64,000 nt of DNA. It comes from an uncultured Gammaproteobacteria bacterium (GTDB taxonomy: Bacteria > Pseudomonadota > Gammaproteobacteria > SZUA-229). The translations under genes were made by a program, and so were the position numbers. Each line of letters begins with the position of its first letter. Position 1 is the first letter of the stretch. Location of the stretch: contig CAVRHW010000026.1 in NCBI GenBank assembly GCA_963721085.1, forward strand, positions 12,302-76,301, in the 5' to 3' direction. The notes under the pieces were generated by a model. The model did no database searches and was not told the origin of the DNA. It saw only the letters and a program-made list of their open reading frames with translations. Below are positions 21,775 to 34,140 of this stretch, piece by piece.

Positions 21775-21964
21775 GGGCGAGTTACTTTTTCTCTACAGCA
21801 ACAAAAGTAACCAAAAAACGCCGCCCTACACAACTTGCCCTTCGGGTTCCCGATCCACAGCACTTTGCTAACGCGCCGGTTTGACGCGCTGTCCTGCGCG
21901 CAAACCTGAATCAGGCGTCCTGCCTGATTCGCGCTACCAAAGTGACTGTGGCTCGGCAAGCTGT
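21775..21964 (-). ncRNA. structured RNA candidate, copy 1 (divergent) of a three-copy family
   Basis: Same architecture as the copies at 44066-44301 and 45283-45479, with compensatory stem changes. Hairpins GAAUCAGGC-AGGAC-GCCUGAUUC and GGUUUG/CGCGC-AGGACA-GCGCG/CAAACC. Confidence 0.6.
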
Positions 21965-22048
21965 AAGGGGGAATTTAAAAACGCTTTTTTTAGAAATGTA
22001 ATAAATAAAGGTGGTGGAGGAAATCTATGGCTAACGTAACTTTATTTG

Positions 22049-22438
22049 TTAGCTACTGACTACAGCGCCAATTAATTTAAACAAATTAAAAAGGTTATAA
22101 AATGTGCAGGCAATTTCGAAGTAGCCGCCGAAATCTTCGACGACATCTCCGAATGGGCCTAATATGCTGAAACTGCCGCGATATTTTTCAGCACGATCCT
22201 CTATAACTGCCGTCATTACATCCGCAATGCTGCCAAATATATTTCCAAAATTGTCTTCAGCTTCGATTTCTAGATCAAGGTTATTTGATTTAAGAAACAC
22301 AAAAAACTCAAACATAAGAAAGAATATAAATACAAAGCCAATTCCAGGGTATACAGTATCCTCTAATATTTTGGGGCTACTCAGGTTTACATTTGCCAGG
22401 GCATAAGTGCATATCGCTATTAATATTGCTCGTATCAC
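22049..22438 (-). CDS. small membrane protein of unknown function (AT-rich islet)
   Basis: 129-aa ORF with N- and C-terminal hydrophobic segments. Confidence 0.5.
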   Translation of the reverse strand: MIRAILIAICTYALANVNLSSPKILEDTVYPGIGFVFIFFLMFEFFVFLKSNNLDLEIEAEDNFGNIFGSIADVMTAVIEDRAEKYRGSFSILGPFGDVVEDFGGYFEIACTFYNLFNLFKLIGAVVSS

Positions 22439-22504
22439 CTGATTATTTGCTCTTTGAATTAATCGTTATATTCCCAGCTAAGTCAATGAAAGTACCGTGC
22501 GCGC

Positions 22505-22879
22505 TTAAAGCTCTTTTGAAAAAAAACGTTTAATGAGTATTGGGATGGAGCAGCCGAAACCGATGCCCAGGATTATCCGTGTATAGCCGAGAATAACCAC
22601 ACCGACACCTGTTGAAATATCAGTGCTGCGACTCATAATGGCTGTCTTGGTAGTTATAAATATGATCCCTGTTTCAATAAAATACTTACTTGCAAATCCC
22701 ATGGCAATCACTGCCAGGATAAGCGTGACAGGGGAGGTTTTGGGTTTTTCTTCACTCTGGTTGAATATTACTTCTTCTCCCTCAACGGCTATATTGTAAG
22801 AGGAGCAATTAGGACATTTGTTTTTTTTGTCCTGCTCTTTCAGTGTGTAATTACAGTCTCTGCAAATATATCTTGTCAT
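22505..22879 (-). CDS. zinc-ribbon protein with C-terminal TM helices
   Basis: CRDCNYTLKEQDKKNKCPNCSS (CxxC...CxxC) followed by 2-3 hydrophobic helices. Confidence 0.55.
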   Translation of the reverse strand: MTRYICRDCNYTLKEQDKKNKCPNCSSYNIAVEGEEVIFNQSEEKPKTSPVTLILAVIAMGFASKYFIETGIIFITTKTAIMSRSTDISTGVGVVILGYTRIILGIGFGCSIPILIKRFFSKEL

Positions 22880-22978
22880 TTTGTCCTCGATATATCGTTC
22901 TAATGTTTAACCTGTTACTGGAGAGGTGCTCAACGCCCCTGTTTTTTAGATGGATGGATAACAGGGTCATAGGTTTTT

Positions 22979-23278
22979 CTAGAAAAAAAGCCATGCCAAA
23001 AACTTATATTGTGCAGTAATAATAGTTGCGCAAATAACGAAGTATCCCAAGCCTTTTAGATTGTCCCATTGCTCATCAGTAGATGCGTTGTCCCAGTGAT
23101 GGCTGCCGACACTGTTAATGCAGTCGTTTGCGTCATCTTCTGAACCAAAATATTGAATAGCGGCCCACCAATATGTCGGAATATTGATGAACGTTAGTAC
23201 AAGAAACGCATCAAGATGATCTGTGCCGAATCCAAAAATAGACAACAGGATGGTTGCCGAGGCCACAGGTAGCAGCAT
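22979..23278 (-). CDS. small membrane protein of unknown function
   Basis: 99-aa ORF with three hydrophobic segments, in the AT-rich islet. Confidence 0.45.
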   Translation of the reverse strand: MLLPVASATILLSIFGFGTDHLDAFLVLTFINIPTYWWAAIQYFGSEDDANDCINSVGSHHWDNASTDEQWDNLKGLGYFVICATIITAQYKFLAWLFF

Positions 23279-23397
23279 GTTCCCTCCTTTTCGCTTGAAG
23301 TATTAAGCGGAAGACTTGCTTGTCAATGATCGTTATATAGCAGGATTTTTTAAGGTTTTCAGGGTTTCCGCGTCCTCTGCGGTTTCGCTTTCAAACC

Positions 23398-23949
23398 CTA
23401 GTGAACGTCCAGTTTACCGAGCTCGCTGAGTATTTGAGTGATAAGCGATTCACCCTGTGGGCCCATGCGGGTGCAGAGCTGGTCGGCATTGCGGTTGCCG
23501 TCGATCATGTCCTTGAGTACGGCGCCGAGGTTGGCCAGATCACCGCCCGCGTTAGACATTTGTTCGGCCATACCGCCTAGCATGATGACCGCATTGTGGT
23601 CGCCGCGGCTGGCTTCGTTGATGAGTTTTGCCAGCATCGGCGCGGCCTTGGTGGCGTCGCCTTTTTGCTCGGGGTCGGGCAGGGTGCTGGGGTCCTGCAG
23701 GCCGAGCAGGATGGATTCGGCAATCACCTGGTCTTCGTCGTCCAGGCCTTTTAATAAACTCTGGTCGCGACTGCCGGCGATAATTTTGCGAATCACCGCA
23801 ACCAGGCTGCCCCAGCCGTTTTGTTCGGACATCACCAGCGCCTGCTCCATATGGGGCCGCACTTCGGGCTGGTGTACGGCCTGCACCACACCGAGAATCA
23901 GCCCCGCGTGGGTGAGTCGAATCTGCTCGCGTTTTTCCGGTGTTTCCAT
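23398..23949 (-). CDS. hypothetical protein
   Basis: Track ORF 23398..24006, with the start moved to METPEKREQ. Composition matches the core genome. No motif recognised. Confidence 0.5.
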   Translation of the reverse strand: METPEKREQIRLTHAGLILGVVQAVHQPEVRPHMEQALVMSEQNGWGSLVAVIRKIIAGSRDQSLLKGLDDEDQVIAESILLGLQDPSTLPDPEQKGDATKAAPMLAKLINEASRGDHNAVIMLGGMAEQMSNAGGDLANLGAVLKDMIDGNRNADQLCTRMGPQGESLITQILSELGKLDVH

Positions 23950-24009
23950 CACGAATCTCTTTATTTGAACGTGTGTCAGATTAACGCCGATGGAAAACAG
24001 AGGCAAGTG

Positions 24010-24215
24010 CTAAAACCTGAAAGCAAAACCTGAAAAATTTGAACCACAGAGGCACAGAGAACACAGAGGAAACACAATTACTGTTAAAAGCTTTTACCCC
24101 AGAAATCTTTTCTCGGCGTCGTCTGCGTCTCCGCGGCTTCGCTTTATGGTTTTTTTTAACCCAGAAAGGTTTTCTCCGTGTTCTCTGTGCCTCTGTGGTT
24201 CAGCTTTTCTGTTTT
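24010..24215. repeat. MITE-like inverted-repeat element (CCACAGAGGCACAGAGAACAC family), copy A
   Basis: 32-nt arms at 24041-24072 (GAACCACAGAGGCACAGAGAACACAGAGGAAA) and 24170-24201 (its reverse complement with 2 mismatches). It abuts the valS stop. Confidence 0.8.
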
Positions 24216-24217
24216 TC

Positions 24218-27058
<2,841 letters not shown>

Positions 27059-27140
27059 GACGCGCTCGAATGCCTGAAAGCGGCGAATTATACCGCATGC
27101 GGGCGCAGGCTATATAGTTGCCGGGCGATGGTGGGCGAAC

Positions 27141-27788
27141 TTAATCCTTGTTGGCCAGGCGTTGTTCCAGAATATCGCGCACCCGGGTACGGATTTTCCA
27201 TTCGATTTCGGGTAACAGCTGGTGGGTGATTTCGTCGACAATTTCGCTGATCAGAACCTCGTTTTTGATGGTGGGCGAGGTGTCGGGTGATAGCGTGGCT
27301 TCAGGTATAGCCGTTTTTGTAGTCTGAGTTTTGACCGTTTGATCAGCGCTGCTGGCTGGCTGGGGCTGGTCTGTAACAGTTGTATTCTCTACCGCAGGAG
27401 CTGGCGTTTCCGCTGGTGCTGCGATTTCTTTTTCGGGGAAGCGTTCGGCGACGATGATATCAGTGATGCTTTGATCAAAATCTTCGCTGTCTGCAGATGC
27501 TTCGTTGCCTGTTTCCATTTCGCTATCGAATAGGTCGATCTTAACTTCATCCAGATCTGTGTCACCCGGCTCATCATCAGGGGCGAGTGCGATGTTGTCG
27601 AACGCGTGTTCGAAGCCGTCATCATCGTGGCTGTCGCCATCGCTGGTGTCGAGAGCCATAGCGTCATCAAACTCGTCATCAAAATCATCTTCCAGTGAAT
27701 TGATATCTCCGAGCTGGGTCAGCTCTGGATCACCGACGCTGATCACGTCGTCGAGTGTAGGGATGACTTTGTCGTCATGTGTATTCAT
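27141..27788 (-). CDS. highly acidic protein of unknown function
   Basis: 215-aa D/E-rich ORF between holC and valS. Confidence 0.5.
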   Translation of the reverse strand: MNTHDDKVIPTLDDVISVGDPELTQLGDINSLEDDFDDEFDDAMALDTSDGDSHDDDGFEHAFDNIALAPDDEPGDTDLDEVKIDLFDSEMETGNEASADSEDFDQSITDIIVAERFPEKEIAAPAETPAPAVENTTVTDQPQPASSADQTVKTQTTKTAIPEATLSPDTSPTIKNEVLISEIVDEITHQLLPEIEWKIRTRVRDILEQRLANKD

Positions 27789-27847
27789 GGGAGCGCCTTG
27801 CTATTACAGTTCGCGCCTTCGCCAGGCGCATCAGTGTATCCAGCTTG

Positions 27848-28288
27848 TCACTGGTTAATTGTATGGTGCTCAAGAGTATAGTTGCTTTTCTGGTAATGCG
27901 CGTAGCGTAGCCGACCCAGTTGTTTGAGGGCATCATCCGCATTGATGATCTCGGCGATTCGGGGGTAGGCGTCGCAAAATTCCGGCACATCGGAGCCCAG
28001 ATTGATCAGCAAATTGATCCCGATGCGAGGCGCGCTGTCGCCGATCAGAACAGGGCTGTGTTCGGCTTCGCTGTCAGTGACTCTGGCATGGGGCACAAAA
28101 CTGCCATCGCTGAAACTCCAGAGTGCGTCGTCGAGCAGACGGGTGGTGTCTGCATCGTCGGTGCGGATCCAGACCTTATGACCTAACTTCCAGGCTTTTT
28201 CTGCCAGGCGGCAACAGAATATCCGCACACTGCTGATATTGCTGTCTGCCAGCAGATAAAAATCAACCCGGGTACCGCCTGCAGCCAT
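27848..28288 (-). CDS. holC: DNA polymerase III chi subunit
   Basis: 146 aa: VDFYLL ... RLAEKAWKLGHKVWIRTDD. Sits in the conserved pepA-holC-valS order. Confidence 0.8.
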   Translation of the reverse strand: MAAGGTRVDFYLLADSNISSVRIFCCRLAEKAWKLGHKVWIRTDDADTTRLLDDALWSFSDGSFVPHARVTDSEAEHSPVLIGDSAPRIGINLLINLGSDVPEFCDAYPRIAEIINADDALKQLGRLRYAHYQKSNYTLEHHTINQ

Positions 28289-28299
28289 GATTCAGATGA

Positions 28300-29799
28300 T
28301 CAGTGTTTTTCTTTGCAACAGTCAAAAATGTACTGTGTGAGCAGACTCACCGGCCTGCCGGTGGCGCCTTTGGTCTTGCCCGATAGCCAGGCCACACCCG
28401 CGATGTCGAGATGTGCCCAGTAGTATTTTTTGGTGAAACGCGAAAGGAAACAGGCTGCGGTAATCGTGCCCGCGCCTTTGCCGCCGATGTTGGCCATGTC
28501 AGCGAAATTGCTGTCCAGCTGTTCCTGATAGTCATCCCACAAAGGCAGTTCCCAGCAACGGTCACCACTGGTTTCGCCAGCATTGAGCAGATCGTGGATC
28601 AGCGGCCGGTGATTACCCAGCAGGCCTGCGGGGTGCGCGCCCAGCGCCACGACGCAGGCACCGGTTAGGGTGGCGATGTCGATCACCACAGCAGGATCGA
28701 ATTTTTCAGCATAGGTGAGGGCGTCACATAATATGAGTCGGCCTTCGGCATCGGTGTTGAGAATCTCGATGGTTTGCCCCGACATGCTGGTGACGATATC
28801 GCCGGGTTTGGTGGCGAGGCCGTCGGGCATGTTCTCCACCGTGGGGATAATACCGACCACATTGATCGGTAGCTGCAATTCGGCACAGGTGGTGAGCGTG
28901 CCGAGTACGCTGGCGGCGCCGCACATGTCGAATTTCATTTCGTCCATCGCCGCGCCGGGTTTCAGACTGATACCGCCGGAATCAAAAGTGACGCCTTTGC
29001 CGACCAGCACGATAGGTTTCTGATCTTTGCTGGCACCGCGGTACTCCATACTGATCAGCTTGGCAGGCTGGCGGCTGCCGTGGCTGACCGAAAGCAGGGA
29101 GCCCATGCCGAGTTTTTCCATGTCTTTTTCTTCGAGCACGGTGGTGCTGACATTAGGGTGCTGCTTGTCCAGGTCCTGCGCCTGTTTGGCGAGATAGCTA
29201 GGGGTGCAGATATTACCGGGCAGATTGCTGAGGTCTTTTGCCAGCTTGATGCCGGTGGACACCGCCATGCCGTTGCGTACTGCGATTTCGCCGTCCATCA
29301 GCTGGCCGCGGCCGGAGACGCTGAAAATGAACTTGCGCAGCGGGCGGCGAGGTGGTTTTTTGTCAGATTTCAACAGGTTAAAGTGGTACATCGCCTCGTC
29401 GATGGCTTCGATCGACTGGCGGATTTTCCAGGTGATATCGTGCTTTTTGACCTGGATCTCGGTGAGATAGGAGGCCGCCTCGGTGGTGCCCCCGGCTTCC
29501 AGGGTGGTCGCCATTATGTTGTTGATTTTACGGAAAGAACGAGTGTTGACGTCCTTTTCCTTGCCGCAGCCGATGAGCAAAATCCGGTCGCACAGGGTAT
29601 TCTCTATATTATGTAGTAATAGAGTCTGACCGAGATCGCCTTCGAGTTCGCCACGGCGCACCAGGTTGGAGATATAGCCACCGCTGGCCTCATCCAGCAG
29701 CTGCGCCGAAGGCGAGAGCTTGCGCGAGGCGAAAACGCCGACGACGACACAGCCGATACGTTGTTTTTCCGGGCTGCCACTTTTGACGGTGTATTCCAT
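28300..29799 (-). CDS. pepA: leucyl aminopeptidase (M17)
   Basis: [13 protein letters not shown] ... [18 protein letters not shown]17 signature. Start moved to the MEYT ATG at 29797-29799. Confidence 0.95.
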   Translation of the reverse strand: MEYTVKSGSPEKQRIGCVVVGVFASRKLSPSAQLLDEASGGYISNLVRRGELEGDLGQTLLLHNIENTLCDRILLIGCGKEKDVNTRSFRKINNIMATTLEAGGTTEAASYLTEIQVKKHDITWKIRQSIEAIDEAMYHFNLLKSDKKPPRRPLRKFIFSVSGRGQLMDGEIAVRNGMAVSTGIKLAKDLSNLPGNICTPSYLAKQAQDLDKQHPNVSTTVLEEKDMEKLGMGSLLSVSHGSRQPAKLISMEYRGASKDQKPIVLVGKGVTFDSGGISLKPGAAMDEMKFDMCGAASVLGTLTTCAELQLPINVVGIIPTVENMPDGLATKPGDIVTSMSGQTIEILNTDAEGRLILCDALTYAEKFDPAVVIDIATLTGACVVALGAHPAGLLGNHRPLIHDLLNAGETSGDRCWELPLWDDYQEQLDSNFADMANIGGKGAGTITAACFLSRFTKKYYWAHLDIAGVAWLSGKTKGATGRPVSLLTQYIFDCCKEKH

Positions 29800-29901
29800 G
29801 ATATCTCCAATAATGCTGCTGAGGCTAAATGAGGTTGATTGTATGCAATTAATGCAATGTTCGAAAGTCAGTGTGATAATCACCGCCAGATGAATATCCA
29901 C

Positions 29902-30975
29902 ATGCGAATCATAGACCGGTATATCGGTAAAGAAATCCTGCTTTCCTGGCTAATGGTGCTGCTGATCCTGCTCGCTGTGGTGATGAGCATGGAAACCGTG
30001 CATCTGCTTTCCTGGCTGGCTGACGGTAGCATCTCCGGTGCTGCACTGATGCCCCTGCTGCTCAATGGCATGATGAATTTTTCGGTGATGCTGATTCCGC
30101 TGAGTTTATTGCTGGGTCTGTTGCTCGCTTATGGTCGTTTGTATAAGGACAGTGAAATGACCGCAATCATGTCTGCCGGTATGGGCCCGAAGGACTGGTA
30201 CCGACCCTTGTTGCTGGTATTGACTCCTGTCACAGTGGTGCTGATGTTGCTCACGCTGTTTTTTTCACCCATAGTTGCTCAGCAACGCGCCGGTATTATC
30301 GCGGCTGAAAAAAGTCGTTCCGAACATAGCAATCTGGCGGCTGGCCGATTCAATGAATCCAGAGAAGGCGACGCGGTATTCTTTTTTGAATCGCAAAACA
30401 GCGACCACAGCATTATGCGCAATGTGTTTCAGCGTCATGTGATTGGTGGCGTCGAACATATCGATATCGCTCCCAGCTCAGAGCAGGAAGAAATTGATGG
30501 CCGCAGTTATATGCTGATGAAAAACGGCGAGCACTATATTGGTAGTCCCGGCGATAATAATTACCGGGTGTTTCAATACAGTGAATATGGCATCTATCTG
30601 CCGAGTAACCGCAACGCGGTCGTTTCGAGTACCACCAGTGCTTTGAGTGTTGCCCAGCTATTGAAGGAGAAAGGCAATAAAGCAAAAGCCGAATTGCAGT
30701 GGCGCATTGCTGTTCCGATTGCATGTTTTATTGTTTGTCTGATGGCGATACCGCTCAGCTACACCACACCGCGCAGCGGGCGCTATGCCAAACTGGCGCT
30801 GGCGATATTGTTTTATCTGGTGTATTCGAACCTGATCGGTATGAGTTATACCTGGCTGGTGCACGGTGTCATACCCATATGGGTAGGCACCTGGTGGACG
30901 CATATTGTGGGTTTGATTGTGCTGCTGATCCTGTTCTGGCGACGGGGTTATCTGGCCAGACGAGAGCTGATCTGA
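29902..30975 (+). CDS. lptF: LPS export ABC transporter permease LptF
   Basis: [16 protein letters not shown] ... YjgP/YjgQ family, divergent from pepA. Confidence 0.85.
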   Translation: MRIIDRYIGKEILLSWLMVLLILLAVVMSMETVHLLSWLADGSISGAALMPLLLNGMMNFSVMLIPLSLLLGLLLAYGRLYKDSEMTAIMSAGMGPKDWYRPLLLVLTPVTVVLMLLTLFFSPIVAQQRAGIIAAEKSRSEHSNLAAGRFNESREGDAVFFFESQNSDHSIMRNVFQRHVIGGVEHIDIAPSSEQEEIDGRSYMLMKNGEHYIGSPGDNNYRVFQYSEYGIYLPSNRNAVVSSTTSALSVAQLLKEKGNKAKAELQWRIAVPIACFIVCLMAIPLSYTTPRSGRYAKLALAILFYLVYSNLIGMSYTWLVHGVIPIWVGTWWTHIVGLIVLLILFWRRGYLARRELI

Positions 30976-30976
30976 G

Positions 30977-32041
30977 ATGGTCATTGATCGTTATATAGCG
31001 AGGTCAATATTCAATGGCGTGGCCGTGTCTACGCTGGTGGTTGCGGCATTGTTCGCTTTTATCAATTTTGTTACCGAACTGGATAATATCGGCACGGCAA
31101 ATTACCACACCCTGCAGGCATTGTTTTACGTAGCGCTGACCTTGCCGCAAAGACTTTACGATCTGGCGCCATCCATCATTATGATCGGTACTTTGATCTC
31201 GCTGGGCGCAATGGCCTCGGGTTCCGAGCTGGTGGTGATGCGTGCTTCAGGCGTGACCGCGATGCGCATCGTGCGTTCGGTGATACAGACCGGTTTGATG
31301 CTTGCAGTGCTGGTTGCGATTTCGGGCGAGACCGTGGTTCCGTATGGCGCCAATGTCGGTAAGTCGATTCGTGCGCATGCGCTCGATCAGCATTTGCTGG
31401 TCAGCAGTCAACATGGTTTGTGGTCGCGAGACAATCAACGCTATGTGAATGCACGCCGGGTAATGCCCGATCACAAGCTGGGCGATGTCAGTGTGTACGA
31501 GCTTAATGCCAGTCGACAACTAATTCGAACCACGCATGCAGATCGCGCGGAATATAAAAATGGTCACTGGGAAATGTTCAATGTGGTGCACAGCAACCTG
31601 TCTACGGACGGTGTGACCAGCCAGCATGTTGCGCGTGAAGACTGGCCAGAACTGATCACCCCTGGCCTGTTCAAGGTGCTGCGGGTACTGCCGGAAGATA
31701 TGTCGGCCGAGGATCTGTATCATTACAGCCGTTATATGCATAAGAACGGGCTGGATGCGGTGGAGTATCAGCTGGCGTTCTGGATCAAGGTATTCACGCC
31801 ATTTACCTGTCTGGTCATGCTGTTGCTGACCATGCCACTGGTGTTTAATACTACGCCGCGCTCTGGCGGCACCGGGCAGCGCGTTATCATTGGCACTTTG
31901 CTGGGGATTTTCTTTTTTGTCCTGAATCGGGCCACCAGCCATCTTGGAGTGGTCTACGGTATGCCAGCGATACTCAGCGCAGCGATACCCATGCTACTGG
32001 TGAGTGTGGTGTCTATTGCGCTGTTACGAAGGCTAAAATGA
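30977..32041 (+). CDS. lptG: LPS export ABC transporter permease LptG
   Basis: MVIDRYIARSIFNG ... immediately follows lptF. Confidence 0.85.
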   Translation: MVIDRYIARSIFNGVAVSTLVVAALFAFINFVTELDNIGTANYHTLQALFYVALTLPQRLYDLAPSIIMIGTLISLGAMASGSELVVMRASGVTAMRIVRSVIQTGLMLAVLVAISGETVVPYGANVGKSIRAHALDQHLLVSSQHGLWSRDNQRYVNARRVMPDHKLGDVSVYELNASRQLIRTTHADRAEYKNGHWEMFNVVHSNLSTDGVTSQHVAREDWPELITPGLFKVLRVLPEDMSAEDLYHYSRYMHKNGLDAVEYQLAFWIKVFTPFTCLVMLLLTMPLVFNTTPRSGGTGQRVIIGTLLGIFFFVLNRATSHLGVVYGMPAILSAAIPMLLVSVVSIALLRRLK

Positions 32042-32072
32042 ATCAGTCCAGCACTGGATATATCAGCGCGTT

Positions 32073-32525
32073 TTAGCGCACATCCAGCATTTCACAGCCT
32101 GCAATCAAATCGTGCCAGGTGGCGTGGTCCTGGTTGAACAGGCTCCAGAGAAAACCGATACCCACAACCGCCCAGGACAACAGGGCGGCAAGAAAATAGA
32201 TCAAGGCCTGTTTCCAGCTCACCGGTTTTCCATCTTTGGAACATAATTTCATCTTCCAGGTTTTCATTCCCAGTGTTTGTCCGCCGTGTGTCCAGAACCA
32301 GGCATAATAAAGAAATATAATGACCACCAGACTGGAAACATAAAACCAGTAGAACGGATTGCCGTGAACAATGGCATTTCCGTGGTTCAACGCAAAATTT
32401 TCCACTGCCGTGACAATGAATAGCAGGGCCAGCAACAGCAACAGATCATAGACAATCGTCATCAGGCGTCGTATCAGACCTGCGTGTGACCTGGGTTCGG
32501 AAGACAGGGTGTCAGTTGAGTTCAT
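32073..32525 (-). CDS. RDD-family membrane protein
   Basis: GLIRRLMTIVYDLLLLLALLF ... RDD-like topology. Start taken at MNSTDT. Confidence 0.65.
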   Translation of the reverse strand: MNSTDTLSSEPRSHAGLIRRLMTIVYDLLLLLALLFIVTAVENFALNHGNAIVHGNPFYWFYVSSLVVIIFLYYAWFWTHGGQTLGMKTWKMKLCSKDGKPVSWKQALIYFLAALLSWAVVGIGFLWSLFNQDHATWHDLIAGCEMLDVR

Positions 32526-33192
32526 GATGGATTCAGTGTTGTTCAGGTAACAGATGTAGATGATGTTCAGGGACCCAGGTTCAAAACACAATAGGCCCAG
32601 TGTTGGCGCCATTCCCGTGAACACCATAGCGCGGGTATAGTATACATCAGCTGAAGAAGCCCATTGTGCAGATCATGCGTTCAGTACGTATGGTGCAAAT
32701 CCGAACCTTGGTCACTGCGCTACGAGCGTATTTCACGCCATCATTAAGTAAAAATGCACTCACATTTACCCGTCAGTAGAACGGTATCTAGCGATGATGC
32801 CGTATCGATATCAGCATTGATTGCGCCAGAAATGGCTCAATACGGTCTTTGACAAGCCTTTTGACCCCGCAGAAACATATTTTTTCAGGTGTCCGGGTGC
32901 ACCTGAAGTTTGCGTAGCGGTGCCCATTGGTGCGAAATCTACCGTCATATATATAATTTATGAGACCGAATTCGAAGCGATGACGTACATATGGATCAGT
33001 ATCAAATTCGGTTTTAATCCCTGTGCAGCCGCGCTTGCCGCAGGTTTGCGGAAGGTTTGCAGCAGAAATATTTGTGCAAATGCGCTTTGGTTTTTAGTTT
33101 TGCAGCATTTGTAACTCCGACAAAGGCCCGATTTCGGTCTGAATTTATAAATTATCTATTGGAAGAGCTATGATTTTATTTGAAAAAAATGT

Positions 33193-33220
33193 TTGCTATA
33201 TTCGAATTTAGTTTTATACT
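33193..33220 (+). promoter_or_regulatory. putative sigma70 promoter of the Lys-rich protein gene
   Basis: TTGCTA, 16-nt spacer, TATACT, about 25-35 nt upstream of the GAGGA RBS and start codons. Confidence 0.45.
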
Positions 33221-33244
33221 TTTGTTCGTAACTCACACAAGAGG

Positions 33245-33679
33245 ATGCAAGTAATGGCTAGACCAAAAAAAGCAACATCTAAAAAGAAGACAACTGCGAA
33301 ACGTGCAGTCAAGAAAAAGACCGCAACAAAGAAAAAAGCAGTAAGAAGAAAGGCAGCTCCGAAACGCAAAACTGCAAAACGCAAAGTGGCCAAGAAAAAG
33401 ACCGCCAAGCGTAAAGTAGCCAAGCGTAAGGTTGCCAAGAAGAAAACCGCTAAGCGTAAGACTGCGAAGCGTAAAGTAGCCAAGAAAAAGACTGCCAAGC
33501 GTAAAATAGCCAAGAAAAAGACTGCGAAGCGCAAAGTAGCCAAGAAGAAAACTGCCAAGCGTAAGACTGCGAAGCGCAAAGTAGCCAAGAAGAAAGCGGC
33601 TCCCAAGCGTAAAACAGCCAAGCGTAAGACAGCCAAGAAAAAAGCTACACGGAAGAAAAGAACGACCGCCAAAAGATAA
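33245..33679 (+). CDS. histone-H1-like Lys/Ala-rich repeat protein
   Basis: 144 aa made almost entirely of AKRKVAKKKT / AKRKTAKRKVAKKKT units. The underlying DNA is a 30/45-nt tandem repeat at about 33300-33660. Confidence 0.75.
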   Translation: MQVMARPKKATSKKKTTAKRAVKKKTATKKKAVRRKAAPKRKTAKRKVAKKKTAKRKVAKRKVAKKKTAKRKTAKRKVAKKKTAKRKIAKKKTAKRKVAKKKTAKRKTAKRKVAKKKAAPKRKTAKRKTAKKKATRKKRTTAKR

Positions 33680-33680
33680 G

Positions 33681-33986
33681 GCGGTATCCGCTGGAAAGGG
33701 ACTGACAGCGGCAGGAAAAACGGCTATAGCAGAGCGCAGCCATCTTGCCAGCGCGAAAGCTAAAGCAACCAGGGAGAAGCTGCGTGACAGCATCGCTGAT
33801 ACGGCAAAAGCACTGGCGCAAGCCAGGGCCGAGCTGGCTGCGACGCGTAAGCGTCAGGCTCTACTGGTGAAAATGGCGGAAAAAAAGGAAGCAGCGATCA
33901 CTTCATTTGTAGAAAAGTGGTCCAGAAAAGAAATGGCCAGAATCGATAAGGCCATGAAGCCAAAAAAGGGCCGTCAAGGTCGCTAA
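33681..33986 (+). other. start-less 101-codon open frame (coiled-coil-like), probably the C-terminal domain of the Lys-rich protein
   Basis: The +1 frame directly after the TAA at 33677-33679 reads AVSAGKGLTAAGKTAIAERSHLASAKAKATREKLRDSIADTAKALAQARAELAATRKRQALL ... KPKKGRQGR. It has no upstream start codon. The only terminator follows at 34009. Confidence 0.5.
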
Positions 33987-34008
33987 AGCGACTTACTAGC
34001 TGAACCAA

Positions 34009-34042
34009 AGCTACTCATCCTCCGGGTGAGTAGCTTTTTTAT
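34009..34042 (+). terminator. Rho-independent terminator
   Basis: AGCTACTCATCC-TCCG-GGTGAGTAGCT stem followed by T6. Confidence 0.8.
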
Positions 34043-34140
34043 TTCTGGGTCTTTTAATCGAGTATGTCCATATTCGGTGTCGTCCGATACCTTTGCGAGC
34101 TGCTATGATAACCAGCAGTTATTAACATAATGTCACTCAG

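Noticed and set aside
21291-21959. 222-aa minus-strand ORF spanning the J-domain gene and RNA element copy 1
   Set aside because: It overlaps a recognisable J-domain on the other strand and a repeat whose other copies do not keep this frame open.
32821-33114. 97-aa ORF in the RDD / Lys-rich gene spacer
   Set aside because: It has no RBS, an odd composition and no motif. The region looks like promoter or regulatory DNA.
33300-33660. Periodic direct repeats that could be mistaken for a CRISPR-like array
   Set aside because: The units are 30/45 nt, contiguous with no unique spacers, in frame, and coding for a Lys/Ala repeat. No cas genes are present.
33665-33685. Programmed +1 frameshift joining the Lys-rich ORF to the downstream frame
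   Set aside because: There is no recognisable slippery or shifty-stop context like the prfB motif. The window contains about 20 other unprogrammed-looking indels, so an error or simple mutation is more likely.
33214-33793. Two long minus-strand ORFs (152 and 186 aa) across the Lys-rich repeat
   Set aside because: They are mirror frames of a low-complexity tandem repeat. The plus-strand frame has a promoter, an RBS and an H1-like composition.
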